Source: SAR202 cluster bacterium
GTDB lineage: Bacteria > Chloroflexota > Dehalococcoidia > Lucifugimonadales > UBA1123
Direction: 5' to 3'
Length of the DNA: 64,000 nt
Assembly: GCA_030752795.1 (NCBI GenBank)
Contig: JASMDM010000033.1
Span: 1,441 to 65,440, forward strand
Shown one piece after another: positions 1 through 10,924 of this stretch (its first letter is position 1; each line of letters begins with the position of its first letter). Under the pieces are notes generated by a model that had not been told where the DNA came from, made no database searches, and saw nothing but the letters and a program-made list of their open reading frames with translations. A program made the translations under genes and the position numbers.

Positions 1-1386
1 CGGCGTCATCTCGTGATGGAAGAACTCCAGCGCAAGCGCCTTCAGCCCGACGGCCTTACGTCCGCTGGCGTGCGCGGCGAGCATCGTGTCGAATTCGAGC
101 CCTTGCAACGACACGCCCTGATCCTCGAGCACCATCAAGTCGTAGTTGGCGTTGTGCGCTGCCTTCGGGACCGCAGGGTCTTCGAAAATCGGGCGCAACC
201 GTTCTATGACGCGGTCCATGGCGAGTTGCTTGCCTTCCGCATGGCCCACGGGCACGTACCAGCCCTTGTTGGGGTTGTTGGAGAACGAAAGCCCGACGAG
301 GTTCGCCGCCATCGGGTCGATCGAGTCGGTCTCGGTGTCGAACGAGAAACCCTCGGGGCGATTGAGCTCGGAGACGAGCTCATCGAGTCTCGCGTCGTCG
401 TCAACGATGATGTAGTCCGACGGTTCCGCTTCTTCCTCGTCGGGAAGCAGCATCAACTGCGCGCCGCCGCCGTGTGCTTGATCCGACGCCGGGATGCGGT
501 CGACCATGCTGTAGAACTCGAGTTCCTGCAGAACGTCGACAACCGCGCTTCGGTTGTACGTTCCGAATTTGCAGGCTTCGAGATCCAACGTTACCGGCAC
601 GTCGCGGACGATCGTCGTGAGGAAGCGCGCCTGCAGGGCAAGGCCGTGGTTGTCGGTCAGGCTTTGCTTGGCTCTGGGCGGCGTGACGGAATCGAGGTTC
701 TCGTAGATGCCGTCGATGCTGCCGTAGTCGGTGAGCAGCTTGATCGCGGTTTTGATCCCGATGCCGGGCACCCCTGGAATGTTGTCGGAGGTGTCGCCTT
801 GGAGCGCTTTGATGTCCGCGATGTGCTCGGGACCCAACCCGCCGTATCGTTCCTTGACGGCGGTCGCATCGTAAAGGGTCTTCTTTTGGACGGCGAAGCT
901 CAACTGCACTCGAACCCAGGGCGACACAAGCTGAAACGTGTCCGTGTCGCCGGTGAGCACGATGGTCTCGATCTGTTGCTCTTCGGCCTGCCGGCAGAGC
1001 GTGCCGAGGACGTCGTCCGCTTCGAATCCGGCCTGTTCGTAGATCGGAATGTCGAACGCCTCGATGAGCTGCCGAATGCGCCCGAACTGGCTGCGAAGCT
1101 CCGGCGGCGTGGGAGGACGATGAGCCTTGTACTCTTTGAAACTCTCATGCCTGAATGTCGGTTGGGGCAGGTCGAACGTGACCGCGAGGTGCGAGGGCTT
1201 CCGGTCTGCCAGCGTTCTGAGCAAGCTGTTGAAGAACCCGAACACCGCCCTGACCTCTTCGCCGGTGCTGCGAACGGTGAGTGGGTCGCGAATCGCGTGC
1301 CAGGCGCGGTGCAAAAGGGCGTGGCCGTCCAGAAGGAGAAGCAGCTGCGCTGGTTCGAGCATAGAGCGCGTGTCGCCGGACGGCAT
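1..1386 (-). CDS. polA: DNA polymerase I, N-terminal part (5'-3' exonuclease domain onward). Partial; continues past the left edge.
   Basis: Absent from the ORF track because it runs off the edge. Reverse translation from ATG 1386-1384 (SD AGGAG = rc of 1393-1397) gives MPSGDTRSMLEPAQLLLLLDGHALLHRAWHAIRDPLTVRSTGEEVRAVFGFFNSLL..., a Pol I 5'-nuclease N-terminus. The frame stays open to position 1 (...LEFDTMLAAHASGRKAVGLKALALEFFHHEMTP). The 530-aa plus-strand ORF 13..1605 is its antisense shadow. Confidence 0.85.
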   Translation of the reverse strand, partial: MPSGDTRSMLEPAQLLLLLDGHALLHRAWHAIRDPLTVRSTGEEVRAVFGFFNSLLRTLADRKPSHLAVTFDLPQPTFRHESFKEYKAHRPPTPPELRSQFGRIRQLIEAFDIPIYEQAGFEADDVLGTLCRQAEEQQIETIVLTGDTDTFQLVSPWVRVQLSFAVQKKTLYDATAVKERYGGLGPEHIADIKALQGDTSDNIPGVPGIGIKTAIKLLTDYGSIDGIYENLDSVTPPRAKQSLTDNHGLALQARFLTTIVRDVPVTLDLEACKFGTYNRSAVVDVLQELEFYSMVDRIPASDQAHGGGAQLMLLPDEEEAEPSDYIIVDDDARLDELVSELNRPEGFSFDTETDSIDPMAANLVGLSFSNNPNKGWYVPVGHAEGKQLAMDRVIERLRPIFEDPAVPKAAHNANYDLMVLEDQGVSLQGLEFDTMLAAHASGRKAVGLKALALEFFHHEMTP

Positions 1387-1719
1387 AGGTATCTCCTATC
1401 GAATCGAGTGGGAACAGATCGATTATACACTCGGCACGGAAGAGCGACCAGAATCTCGGCTGGCTGTGGACTTGCTCAGACACCCAATGACAAGGGCATC
1501 GTGCAAGCATGTCCAAGGTTATTCGACGGATTTGGTCCGCACAAATTTCTACGACCAACAAAAGTAGAGAGCGTGTACCAATCAGTTCTCTGTGGATCTG
1601 CTTAACTTGCGCCGATCATGGAAGACTGGATGAGGAAATCGGAACAACTAAGGCGTGAGCCAGCACATCTACAATCTCTGGCGTCACTCTCGCGCCATCG
1701 TTGCGTTTGCATTACGTTG

Positions 1720-2834
1720 TCACAGCGCTCGTATGCGAAAAAGCGCCAAAATGGAAGTGTCGCTGAGAATGCGAAATCGGCTTGTCCACAGCGATGCGAG
1801 TGCCAGCATTGCGAACAAGGCTGCGGTGCCGAACAGCCCTAGTCCTGGTACGAGGTCCGAAAAAAGCGCGTTTGCTCCAATTTGCTGAGGCACGCTCTTC
1901 CACGCATCTCCGGCACCCAATTAACCGAAGTCACCGTAGCCCCACGCCCAGAGGGTGCATCCGACCTGAGAGCGACCGTGTGTTTGCCCTCATAGTCACC
2001 CGCAGCGATTGCAGTCCAGTTTGTTGCCTGGGTCAATTCTTGGGTTGGGGTGTTCTTCCTGGTGGTAGTCCCGTCGCCGAGTTCACCAGAGTAATTCGCA
2101 CCCCAAGCCCACAAGGTGCCGTTTGACTTGGGGCCCACCGTGTAAAGCTCGGCAGCGATGGCAGACCAGTTTGTGGCCCCGGTCGATTCCTGGGTCGGAG
2201 TCCGCCCGCCGACATAAGTTCCGTCGCCGAGTTGGCCCGTGGTGTTGTTGCCCCATGCCCAAACCGTGCCGTCTAATTTTATCGTGACAGAATGATACGT
2301 CCCGGCGGCGACGGCGGACCAATTGTCCGCGCCCGTCAACTCTTGAGTGGGAGAGGTGACCGTCGCAGGGCCGTTGGTTATCGCGCCGTTCTGACCGTGG
2401 TTGTTGCTGTCCCATGCCCATAGAGTACAGTCAGATTTGAGAGCGACCGTGTGATATGCGCCCGCACCTATCGCGGTCCAGTCGGTCGCCATGGTCGATT
2501 CCTGGGTCGGCGCATTCTTGTCGGCCGTGGTACCGTCTCCGAGCGCTCCGAAGGCATTGTCGCCCCATGCCCAGAGTGTGCCGTCAGACTTGAGGGCAAC
2601 CGTGTGATGATAACTCGCGGCGATGGCTGACCAGTTTGTCGCGCCGGTGTGTTCTTGGGTTGGGACGGATTGTTGAGCGGTGGTTCCGGCCCCGAGTGAA
2701 CCGCCCCATGCCCAGAGAGTGCCGTCCGATTTGAGAGCGACCGAATGATCGTTGCCAGCCGCGACGGCGGTCCATTCACTGACTTCCGCATCGGCTATCG
2801 GTACTGGTCCCACGACCAAAGTGATCGTCGCCAT
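1720..2834 (-). pseudogene. RCC1/BLIP-II repeat protein, apparently disrupted by one frameshift and one in-frame stop, with a C-terminal hydrophobic anchor
   Basis: ORF 1839..2834 carries six tandem H(S/T)VALKSDGTLWAWG.N..G.LGDG units. After ...HTVALRSD the frame breaks (about 1958-1961). The shifted frame reads CTLWAWGYGDFG, then TAA (1921-1923) exactly where the repeat consensus has Gln (G-Q-LG). It then reads LGAGDAWKSVPQQIG...VPGLGLFGTAALFAMLALASLWTSRFR (track ORF 1720..1920). Confidence 0.65.
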
Positions 2835-3370
2835 TGCAGAGAAGCACGGTTGCCTTCAAGATTGTTGGTATTCTGATCAGCCCAGTCAAGGCTACGGATC
2901 GAGCCTTGATTGCTATCATCAGAGATTCTGCCGATCTTCTCAAATTCAAACAGATCTGCCTCCGAGAACCATCGTGATATCATATTTCGGTTGAAGATGA
3001 TATCACATGAAGGATCTGGGTGTGGTTATGAGTGCTCACTCCATAATGATTAAAAATAATACGGGAATCGTTGCGATCATGATTAACCAATTGTGATTCC
3101 CTGCTCTTGGGATTGTTCATAATCCGAAGTTTGCCATATGTGTCGATACTGTGGCTTGAAGACGGACAAGCCGTGAAGATGGCAGGAAGATCAGTGTCAA
3201 AATGCGAAGCAGCGAAGAACGCGCAACGAACACTAGACTGCTGGTCAGGCTATCGTTGAGAGTTCGCAAATGTCCGCCTGATGACCTTGCCTTGCTCGGG
3301 TCTGTAGTGGGGTGCCCGATCAGCGCCCATGTAGCGTCGGGGGTGTCGATTGATTCGCTGCCACCGGGCG

Positions 3371-4792
3371 CTACACGCCCGCCAGCTTTCGTACGTCGTC
3401 GAGCAGCGCGGCGACGGCGGCAGGCGACTCCGCTTCGGCGTAGATCCGCAGCAACGGCTCCGTGCCCGAGAATCGGATCAACGCCCAGTGGCGGTCTTCG
3501 AGCAGGAACCGGACGCCATCCTGTTCATCGATGCCGACCACGGGCTTGCCGCCAATGGAAGACGGCCCCGACACCTGGATTCGCTGGCGGATTTCATCCC
3601 GTTGATCGGGGTCGAAAGCAATGTCGTGCCGGTCGTAGTGGTGCGGTCCGACTTTTTCGTACAGCATCGCCAGCAAGTCTGACGGGTTCTGGTCGGTTCT
3701 GACCATCATGTCCAACATCAGCAACCCGCTGAGGATGCCGTCCCGCTCCGGGACATGGCCTCGGAACGCGTAGCCGCCGCTCTCTTCGCCCGCGGCGATG
3801 GCTTCCTCGGTCATCATCACCGGGCCCAGATACTTGAAGCCCACCTTGGTCTCGAACAACGGGACGTCATAGACTTCCGCCAGTCGGTCGATCATCGAAG
3901 TCATCGTTATCGATCGAACTAGCGGGCCATCTTGCCCGAGGTTCTCAAGCAGGTGCATACACAGGATGGCAAACGTCTGCAGCGTGGTGAGGAACCGCCC
4001 GTCTTCGTCGACGACGCCGACGCGGTCAGCGTCTCCGTCGGTCGCGAGTCCGATGTCCGCGCTGTAGTCGGCCACCGCGTCGATGAGCGGGGCGAGATTT
4101 TGTTCGATCGGCTCTGGTTGAGCCATCCCGGGGAACAACGGATTGCGCTCCCCGCGTATCTCGATCAGGCGCGTGTTCCCGCCTTCCAGAAGCTTGCTGA
4201 AGTAGCCCGCGCCCGAGCCGTGCATGGGATCGAAAACGATGTTCAGACCGGCATTGCGGATCGACTGGACATCGACAATGCTAGCGACGTGGGCCAGGTA
4301 CTCAGGCTCGGGGTCGAAATGCTCCAGCAGTCCCTGGCGTTCGGCTTCGGCGAGGTCCATGCGCTTGATGTCAGGCGCAAGTTCCACGGCCGCGATTCGC
4401 TCCTCGAGCCGCTCCACGATTTCCGGCGAGGCGCTGCCCCCATAGTCGGGCTTGAATTTGAAGCCGTTCCAGATGCTTGAATTGTGACTGGCCGTTATGA
4501 TGCAGCCGGCGCCGGCGTCTTTGCGCAGGAGGTTGAAGCTGATTACCGGGGTCGGGGCTGCCTTGTCGCACAGCATCACGGGTATCCCGTTCGCGGTGAT
4601 GACCTCGGCGACGGCGCGCGCAAAGTCTTCAGACGCGAACCGGTTGTCGTATCCGATCACGAACCCGCGGGTCGCGAGCCGGTTCGCGATCAGAAAGTTG
4701 GCGGTGCCCTGAGCGCAGATTCTAACGTTCTCGAAGGTGAAGTCCTCCGCGATGATCGCTCGCCAGCCGTCGGTGCCGAATTTAATCACCAC
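3371..4792 (-). CDS. alpha-D-phosphohexomutase family protein (phosphoglucomutase/phosphomannomutase)
   Basis: 473 aa with the active-site loop TASHNSSIWNGFKF, the metal loop ATDGDADRVGVVD and the sugar loop GEESGG. Confidence 0.85.
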   Translation of the reverse strand: MVIKFGTDGWRAIIAEDFTFENVRICAQGTANFLIANRLATRGFVIGYDNRFASEDFARAVAEVITANGIPVMLCDKAAPTPVISFNLLRKDAGAGCIITASHNSSIWNGFKFKPDYGGSASPEIVERLEERIAAVELAPDIKRMDLAEAERQGLLEHFDPEPEYLAHVASIVDVQSIRNAGLNIVFDPMHGSGAGYFSKLLEGGNTRLIEIRGERNPLFPGMAQPEPIEQNLAPLIDAVADYSADIGLATDGDADRVGVVDEDGRFLTTLQTFAILCMHLLENLGQDGPLVRSITMTSMIDRLAEVYDVPLFETKVGFKYLGPVMMTEEAIAAGEESGGYAFRGHVPERDGILSGLLMLDMMVRTDQNPSDLLAMLYEKVGPHHYDRHDIAFDPDQRDEIRQRIQVSGPSSIGGKPVVGIDEQDGVRFLLEDRHWALIRFSGTEPLLRIYAEAESPAAVAALLDDVRKLAGV

Positions 4793-4849
4793 GAGTCAAC
4801 TCCTTGAGAACGCGGAACCTCGATCCATTTGATCGCACAGAGCGTAACG

Positions 4850-6073
4850 TCAGTTGCTGGCGCCGTCCGGGAACGCTTCCTTCCGAATCTGATCTGCTTT
4901 GTCGGTCTTCTCCCACGGGAGATCGATGTCGGTTCGGCCAAAATGGCCGTACGCGGCGGTCTGTTTGTAGATCGGCCGTCGCAGATCCAGATCTCGAATG
5001 ATCGCTCCGGGTCGAAGATCGAAGTGCCTCTCGATCAGTTCGTTGATCGTCTCGTCCGACACTTTGGCGGTGCCGAACGTCTCGGCTGAGATCGATATCG
5101 GCGCCGCAACGCCGATGGCGTAAGAGACCTGGAGCTCGACTCGGTCGGCGACCGCGGCCGCGACAAGGTTTTTGGAAACGTAACGAGCCGCGTAAGCCGC
5201 GGATCGGTCGACTTTCGTTGGATCCTTGCCCGAGAACGCTCCGCCCCCATGGCGAGCCATTCCGCCGTACGTGTCGACAAGTATTTTGCGTCCGGTCAAT
5301 CCAGTGTCGCCGACGGGACCGCCGATGACGAACCGGCCGGACGGGTTGATGACCCACCGGGTGTCGCCGTCGATGTATTTTGCATCGATCACATGTTTGC
5401 CCACGTGTTCGATGAGGTCTCGTTCGATGACCGATTGGCTGACCTCGGGGCTGTGCTGCGTGCTCAAAACGACCGTGTGGACGCGCTTGGGGACGCCGTA
5501 TTCGTACTCCACCGTGACCTGAGATTTTCCGTCCGGCCGCATGTAAGGAAGCGAGCCCTCTTTTCGGATCTCGGCCATTCTCTGGCAAAGCTGGTGCGAC
5601 AGAGCCATTGGCAGCGGCATGAGCTCGGGCGTTTCGTTGCATGCGAACCCGACCATCATCCCCTGGTCGCCGGCGCCCAGACTTTCGACGTCCGTGGCGC
5701 CATCTTCTCCACGAGTTTCCAGTGCGTTCGACACGCCGGTGGAGATGTCTTGCGACTGGCTGTCGATCGAGACCGACACGCCGCAGGACTGGTAGTCGAA
5801 TCCATATGCCGAGTCGTCGTACCCGGCCTCGCGAATCGTGCGGCGGACGATGGATGGAATGTCTACGTATGTGCTGGTCGTGATCTCCCCCATGACAACG
5901 ACCATTCCTGTGGTCGTGCAGGTCTCGCATGCAACCCTCGCGAACGGGTCCGCGGCGATGATCTCGTCGAGCACCGCATCGGATATTTGGTCGCACAGCT
6001 TGTCAGGGTGCCCCTCCGTCACGGATTCCGACGTGAACAGATACGAGGGGGAGTCGGTAAAGCTAAAGGCCAT
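4850..6073 (-). CDS. metK: S-adenosylmethionine synthetase
   Basis: 407 aa with [36 protein letters not shown] and [27 protein letters not shown] lies upstream. Confidence 0.97.
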   Translation of the reverse strand: MAFSFTDSPSYLFTSESVTEGHPDKLCDQISDAVLDEIIAADPFARVACETCTTTGMVVVMGEITTSTYVDIPSIVRRTIREAGYDDSAYGFDYQSCGVSVSIDSQSQDISTGVSNALETRGEDGATDVESLGAGDQGMMVGFACNETPELMPLPMALSHQLCQRMAEIRKEGSLPYMRPDGKSQVTVEYEYGVPKRVHTVVLSTQHSPEVSQSVIERDLIEHVGKHVIDAKYIDGDTRWVINPSGRFVIGGPVGDTGLTGRKILVDTYGGMARHGGGAFSGKDPTKVDRSAAYAARYVSKNLVAAAVADRVELQVSYAIGVAAPISISAETFGTAKVSDETINELIERHFDLRPGAIIRDLDLRRPIYKQTAAYGHFGRTDIDLPWEKTDKADQIRKEAFPDGASN

Positions 6074-6183
6074 TGATTTTCCTCCTGTGACAGCCCCGGT
6101 TCGAAGGGGCGTTGCTTGATCGGATTTTCAGTTGGTTCGGGCAAGATTCCCCGCGTCGGGCGCGAGGCTCGTCGCCTTCCGCG

Positions 6184-7946
<1,763 letters not shown>

Positions 7947-7973
7947 TCATGTGGACGGGATACGGGATTCAGA

Positions 7974-8918
7974 TCACTGCCCGCGCGGCAGAGGGCCCCC
8001 GTCGTCAAGTCCCGCGAAAGTTGTCAGTTTTTCGAACGCCGCGAATCTGTCCGTGATTTCGTCGTGCGACAACGCGGCTAGGCGATCCGCGCTGAAGTCC
8101 TGGACCGTGAACGAACCGATCACGGAGCCCAACACCGCGGCTCGCCTGATTCCTCGCGTCGAAAGATCGCCGGTCGCGGCGAGCATGCCCATGAAACCGC
8201 CGGCGAACGAGTCACCAGCGCCAGTGGGGTCTACGACTCGGTCCAATATGAACGCGGGCAGCGCGAAAAGATCTCCGCTGTTCGAGACCAGCACGCCGTG
8301 CTCGCCTCGCTTGATCACCACGATTTTGGGCCCGACGGCATGGATGCGTTTGGCGGCTTGAGCCAGGTTCTCTTCGCCCGCAAACGCGCGGGCCTCGCCC
8401 TCGTCCATGAAAATCAGGTCGACGGCGGCAACGATGGCGTCGAGATCGGAGCGGCTGCCGTCGATCCAGAAATTCATCGAGTCCAAAGCAACAAGCTTGG
8501 GCCGAGGCGACATCTGCTCGAGAACTTGGGTTTGGAGCCGCGGCTCAATGTTGGCCAGAAACAGGTACTCGGTTGCACGTTGTTCTTCGGTCAACTCGGG
8601 GCTGAACTCGGCGAACACGTTGAGTTGGGTGTCCAACGTTTCGCGTTGATTCAGATCCTCGGTTGAGTAGACGCCGGACCATCGAAACGTCTTGCCATTG
8701 CGTCGTTCGAGTCCGGACACGTCGACCGAGTGAGATTCGAGCAACTCTACGTGCTCGGGCATGAAATCGTCGCCGATTACTGCCACGAGACTAACTTGCG
8801 AAAAATAGCTGGCCGCTATCGAAAAGTACGTTGCCGATCCGCCAAGCGACGTTTCACGGCTTCCCGCCGGGGTTTTTACCGAGTCGTACGCCACCGAGCC
8901 GACTACCAAGAGGCTCAT
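7974..8918 (-). CDS. PfkB/ribokinase-family kinase. Adenosine kinase is the best contextual guess.
   Basis: 314 aa with the PfkB C-terminal motif DPTGAGDSFAGGF and the N-terminal GG.A.N-like region. It lies directly upstream of ahcY. Confidence 0.75.
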   Translation of the reverse strand: MSLLVVGSVAYDSVKTPAGSRETSLGGSATYFSIAASYFSQVSLVAVIGDDFMPEHVELLESHSVDVSGLERRNGKTFRWSGVYSTEDLNQRETLDTQLNVFAEFSPELTEEQRATEYLFLANIEPRLQTQVLEQMSPRPKLVALDSMNFWIDGSRSDLDAIVAAVDLIFMDEGEARAFAGEENLAQAAKRIHAVGPKIVVIKRGEHGVLVSNSGDLFALPAFILDRVVDPTGAGDSFAGGFMGMLAATGDLSTRGIRRAAVLGSVIGSFTVQDFSADRLAALSHDEITDRFAAFEKLTTFAGLDDGGPLPRGQ

Positions 8919-9030
8919 ATCGTTATCTAGTCTCCTATCGTGATCGTCTCAACTCAAGCCGGCCCTTCCGCACACCCCCGTGTCCGTACTTGGCGGACTC
9001 TCGCCACCGGTTTCCAGCCTTGATCCGAGC

Positions 9031-9735
9031 CTAGTCTCTTCCGATTATATCGAACACCGGTCTGACGAGATCGGGCACGCGCCCAAAACTCTCCGCGATC
9101 GCGTCCGCGCCGTCGAGCTCGCCCTTTTTGCCGAACCCGTAACCCGCGCCGACGGATCCAAGACCGTTTTCCTTGGCAGCTCGAACGTCGTCCTGCCTGT
9201 CGCCGACCACCACGGCCAGCGTGGCTTCGAAATGGTTGACCACGTCCTTGACCATGCCGGACTTGGAGACATCGTCCTCACGCCTGTATCTGACCAAGTT
9301 GAAGTGTTGCCGGATCTTCCTTGCGTCCAACACTTCGTTGACGTACGCGGCCCCGCCGTTCGAGCAGATCGCCAACGCGCCGAACTCGCTTTTGAGATCG
9401 ACCAATCCGTCCGCGACGCCGTCGAACAATCGCCCAACGGTCCGCACGAGTTCGAGTTCGCGCTTGTCGATTTCCGCCATCAATCGATCGACGTCCCGGT
9501 CCGGGTGCAATTGGCCGGCCCACTGAGCCATGGCGCTGCCAAGTTGGCCAATGAACGAGAGGATCACGTCCGGGTTAGGCACCGGCAGGCCAATGCTTTC
9601 GAAACTCTCCTGGACCGCTGGAACGGTGACCGATTCGGTCCGAAACAGCGTGCCGTCGAGGCCGAAAATGACCAGGCGATCGGTCCGGCCTATTCGTCCG
9701 CTCCGTAACTCGTCGGATGTCCGGCTTCGATCCAC
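9031..9735 (-). CDS. HAD-superfamily hydrolase-like protein. Motif I reads FGLDGTL, so the nucleophile Asp is replaced by Gly.
   Basis: 234 aa. Motif I is VIFGLDGTLF, motif II ICSNGG and motif IV VVGDRQDDV. The 46-nt overlap with the rhodanese gene leaves the start uncertain. Confidence 0.7.
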   Translation of the reverse strand: MDRSRTSDELRSGRIGRTDRLVIFGLDGTLFRTESVTVPAVQESFESIGLPVPNPDVILSFIGQLGSAMAQWAGQLHPDRDVDRLMAEIDKRELELVRTVGRLFDGVADGLVDLKSEFGALAICSNGGAAYVNEVLDARKIRQHFNLVRYRREDDVSKSGMVKDVVNHFEATLAVVVGDRQDDVRAAKENGLGSVGAGYGFGKKGELDGADAIAESFGRVPDLVRPVFDIIGRD

Positions 9736-10043
9736 GGCTCGGTGCCAGGCATGATGTTGTAGAGCCTCTCGGATTCAACACCCATGGCCGCGGCCATTTC
9801 GCATGCAAGCCCGCTCCGTACGCCAGCGGCGCAAATGAACAGCAGCTTCTTGTCGTCGGGCAGATCGTCCATCCGCGCGAGAATATCGTCGACCGTGATG
9901 AAAATGGCACCTTTTACGTGGCCCTCCAAATACTCATCCGTTCGGCGAACATCTACCACCACCACACCGTCGTCGTTATACATCTCCGCGGCCTCTTCGA
10001 GGGTCAGCCGGAAATAGGGCTCGCCCTGAACCTGTTCGGGCAT
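9690..10043 (-). CDS. single-domain rhodanese (sulfurtransferase)
   Basis: Catalytic loop CAAGVRSG. I moved the start to ATG 10043 (SD GGAGGA = rc of 10050-10055). The longer track ORF (to 10169) would overlap mtnP and has an Arg-rich N-terminus. Confidence 0.8.
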   Translation of the reverse strand: MPEQVQGEPYFRLTLEEAAEMYNDDGVVVVDVRRTDEYLEGHVKGAIFITVDDILARMDDLPDDKKLLFICAAGVRSGLACEMAAAMGVESERLYNIMPGTEPWIEAGHPTSYGADE

Positions 10044-10057
10044 TCTCGCTCCTCCAT

Positions 10058-10924
10058 TCAGTCTTTCACGTATTTGTCGATCAACAACCCAAGCCGCTCT
10101 CGCGCGGCGTCGGGAATCGCGTCCGGGTTCGTGATGATCGCGCTCTCGAGCGCAGATCGGCACGAACACCCAGCGAGATTCGGCATCTCGGCGATCATCC
10201 GTCGAATGATTCGTTGTCCTGTGCTAACATTGGCCAATAGGTTCTGAACGATGAGCTCGACGGACACCTCGTCTTCGGACTCGCGCCACACGTCGTAGTC
10301 CGTGACGAACGCCAGGGTGACGTAGCAAATCTCTGCTTCTCGGGCTAGCTTGGCCTCCGGTAGGGCCGTCATGCCGATTACGCTCGCGCCCCAGTTCCGG
10401 TAAAGCGTGGATTCGGCCCGCGTCGAAAACTGCGGACCTTCCATTACAACGTAAATGCCTCCGGCGTGCGTGTCGGTGCCTTCCGCGATTCCGCTTTTGA
10501 CCGCCAGTGGACGCAGGGTTGGGCAGAACGGGTCCGCGAATCCAACGTGGGCCGCGACCCCGTCGCCGAAGAACGTCGACGGACGGGCTCTGGTTCGGTC
10601 GATGATTTGATCGGGCACGACCACGTCGAGCGGCTTGAGGTGCTCCTTCAGGCTGCCGACCGCGCTGATCGACACGATGCTTTGCACCCCCAAGGATTTC
10701 AACGCGTAGATGTTGGCTCTGACCGGAATTTCTGTCGGCAGGAGCTTGTGCCCCCTGCCGTGTCGAGGCAGGAATGCGACATCGATGCCGTCCAGCGTAC
10801 CCGTGATGATCGCGTCGCTCGGATCGCCAAAAGGCGTCTCCACGTACACTTCGCTTCGGTCTTCGATCCGATCCATGTCGTACAGGCCGGACCCTCCGAT
10901 GAAGCCGACCCTGAAATCAGCCAA
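10058..10924 (-). CDS. mtnP: S-methyl-5'-thioadenosine phosphorylase
   Basis: 288 aa with VGFIGGSGLYDM and FLPRHGRGH, typical of MTAP/PNP family 2. Confidence 0.9.
   Translation of the reverse strand: MADFRVGFIGGSGLYDMDRIEDRSEVYVETPFGDPSDAIITGTLDGIDVAFLPRHGRGHKLLPTEIPVRANIYALKSLGVQSIVSISAVGSLKEHLKPLDVVVPDQIIDRTRARPSTFFGDGVAAHVGFADPFCPTLRPLAVKSGIAEGTDTHAGGIYVVMEGPQFSTRAESTLYRNWGASVIGMTALPEAKLAREAEICYVTLAFVTDYDVWRESEDEVSVELIVQNLLANVSTGQRIIRRMIAEMPNLAGCSCRSALESAIITNPDAIPDAARERLGLLIDKYVKD

Noticed and set aside
13-1605. 530-aa plus-strand ORF, the longest ORF at the left end
   Set aside because: It is antisense to a clearly recognisable polA reading frame. It is rich in Arg, Val, Gly and Asp, as expected for a GC-rich shadow frame, and has no recognisable motifs.
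6074-6183. Possible second SAM/SAH-responsive riboswitch in the metK leader (and 8919-9030 upstream of the PfkB kinase)
   Set aside because: Both gaps contain GC hairpins. I could not match any of the SAM-I, SAM-II, SAM-IV or SAH core motifs that I can recall, so a covariance-model scan would be needed before claiming anything.
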